This document shows positions 63,153-64,000 of a stretch of 64,000 bases of DNA, piece after piece. Location: contig WTFU01000093.1 in assembly GCA_011523945.1 (NCBI GenBank), positions 39,385 to 103,384 of the forward strand, read 5' to 3'. The notes under the pieces are model-generated. The model did no database searches. It was not told the origin of the DNA and was given only the letters and a program-made list of their open reading frames with translations. The position numbers were made by a program, and so were the translations under genes. Position 1 is the stretch's first letter. Every line of letters starts with the position of its first letter. This DNA is from Mariniblastus sp. Its GTDB lineage: Bacteria > Planctomycetota > Planctomycetia > Pirellulales > Pirellulaceae.

Positions 63153-63998
63153 TTATTTTTCACCTTCGCCGTTCGCAGCCTCAGTGTATCTTTCTACAAT
63201 GTCACGATACCTCGCCGGTAATTTTTCCTTTACAGCGTTGTTCGCTGGATCTCGACTGCGATCTCTCAGCCGACTCCAAGGACTCGCCGGGGAATCATCG
63301 TACGACTTTTTCACAACCTGACCGTTGGGATTACTACTCGACCCACCCTTTTGGCTTTTCTTACTTTGGCTTGGCTTCGACTGAGCTTGCTTCTGACCAG
63401 AAGCTTTTTTACTCGCCTCTCAGGTACCGCCTTGTTTACAGTTTGAACTGCACTCTTTTTTCTCTTCCTCTTTGATAAGTTTCGTCAGCATGTTGACGAT
63501 TTTATCCTGCTCTACTTGCGTGACCTCATCGGTTTCCACCAATTCTAAACGCCGCCGCGAATAGTCCATCCTCTGGTAAACGTCATCTAGTTTACCTTTC
63601 TGAATCGATTGAATTTGCTGGACTTGCCGCCAAGCACTCACACGCAGGCGTTCCGGGGCATTCGGATTGAACTGAAGGAATCGCATCAATGATTCAATGG
63701 CTTCCTGATTCTTTAACAACCCCGCCTGGGCAACTCCGAGATAATACTGGGCACTACCCTGATGTACTGTGTAACCGCTGAGATCACCAACCAAATTCTC
63801 TAAACATGGCATGGCTTCCTCAAAACGCTCTTCATTCATTAACGTTCTTGCGAGATAAAAACTTGCGTCCCCAGCTAAGTATTTATCGTCAGACTGCTGC
63901 AATGGCGAAAGAAGCTCAATCGCCTGTTCGTACCCACCATTTACATCTGATGCTGAAATTGCATCTGAATATTTTGGGTACATCAAAATAAGCGACTC
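63153..63998 (-). CDS. TPR-like protein (5' partial) with an in-frame UGA at 63420-63422; candidate selenoprotein
   Basis: The frame is open from the window edge through TPR-like helices (ASFYLARTLM, AQYYLGVAQAG) to ECSSNCKQGGT-TGA. It then runs 88 more sense codons (EASKK...WSRLRDRSRDPANNAVKEKLPARYRDIVERYTEAANGEGEK) to TAA at 63153-63155. The confidence value is for the readthrough call; the CDS itself is near-certain. Confidence 0.7.
63389..63404 (-). promoter_or_regulatory. Candidate bacterial SECIS element
   Basis: Minus strand GCUUCU-GGUC-AGAAGC: a perfect 6-bp stem with a G-initiated 4-nt loop. The stem starts 15 nt after the UGA and the loop 21 nt after it. Confidence 0.65.
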
Positions 63999-64000
63999 AG

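Noticed and set aside
63420-63422. TGA read as Trp/Gly through a variant genetic code (table 4/25)
   Set aside because: Well-conserved genes here (purA at 10080-10082, kpsF, hrpA) end at TGA at their expected C-termini, and Trp is encoded by TGG throughout.
1-64000. CRISPR array, rRNA, tRNA, IS elements
   Set aside because: No regularly spaced repeats, tRNA T-loop/acceptor patterns, rRNA signatures or transposase motifs were recognised by eye. A tRNAscan/Infernal run would be needed to exclude them fully.

Overview
This is a 64-kb chromosomal window, almost certainly from a planctomycete (Pirellulaceae-like). That assignment is an inference from gene content: FGE-sulfatase and DUF11 proteins, a CsrA paralog, Ser/Thr kinases, and an NPCBM/trypsin-like cluster. 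Most of the window is housekeeping (pheS 5' end, rplT, rpmI, xerC, purA, uppS, cdsA, ansA, pgk, tRNase Z, hemW, trmH, rseP, dxr, ftsH, hrpA, maf, rluA, M24 peptidase). It also carries an ABC-dependent surface-glycan locus with two sulfotransferases (29.9-38.8 kb) and a cluster of secreted NPCBM and HtrA-like proteins (57.5-63 kb). The top finding is at the right edge. The TPR-like ORF that the track stops at TGA 63420-63422 continues in frame for 88 more plausible codons to TAA 63153. The TGA sits in a Cys-rich motif (C-x3-C-x5-UGA) and is followed 15 nt later by a perfect GCUUCU-GGUC-AGAAGC hairpin resembling a bacterial SECIS. The intrinsic terminator lies only after the second stop. This is a candidate selenoprotein outside the families I know. 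Other notable items are several pseudoenzymes: two HtrA-like pseudoproteases beside an intact one, a membrane pseudokinase, a Cys-less thioredoxin domain and a degenerate CsrA. No rRNA, tRNA, CRISPR array or mobile element was recognised. All family assignments come from motif recognition by eye, not database searches.
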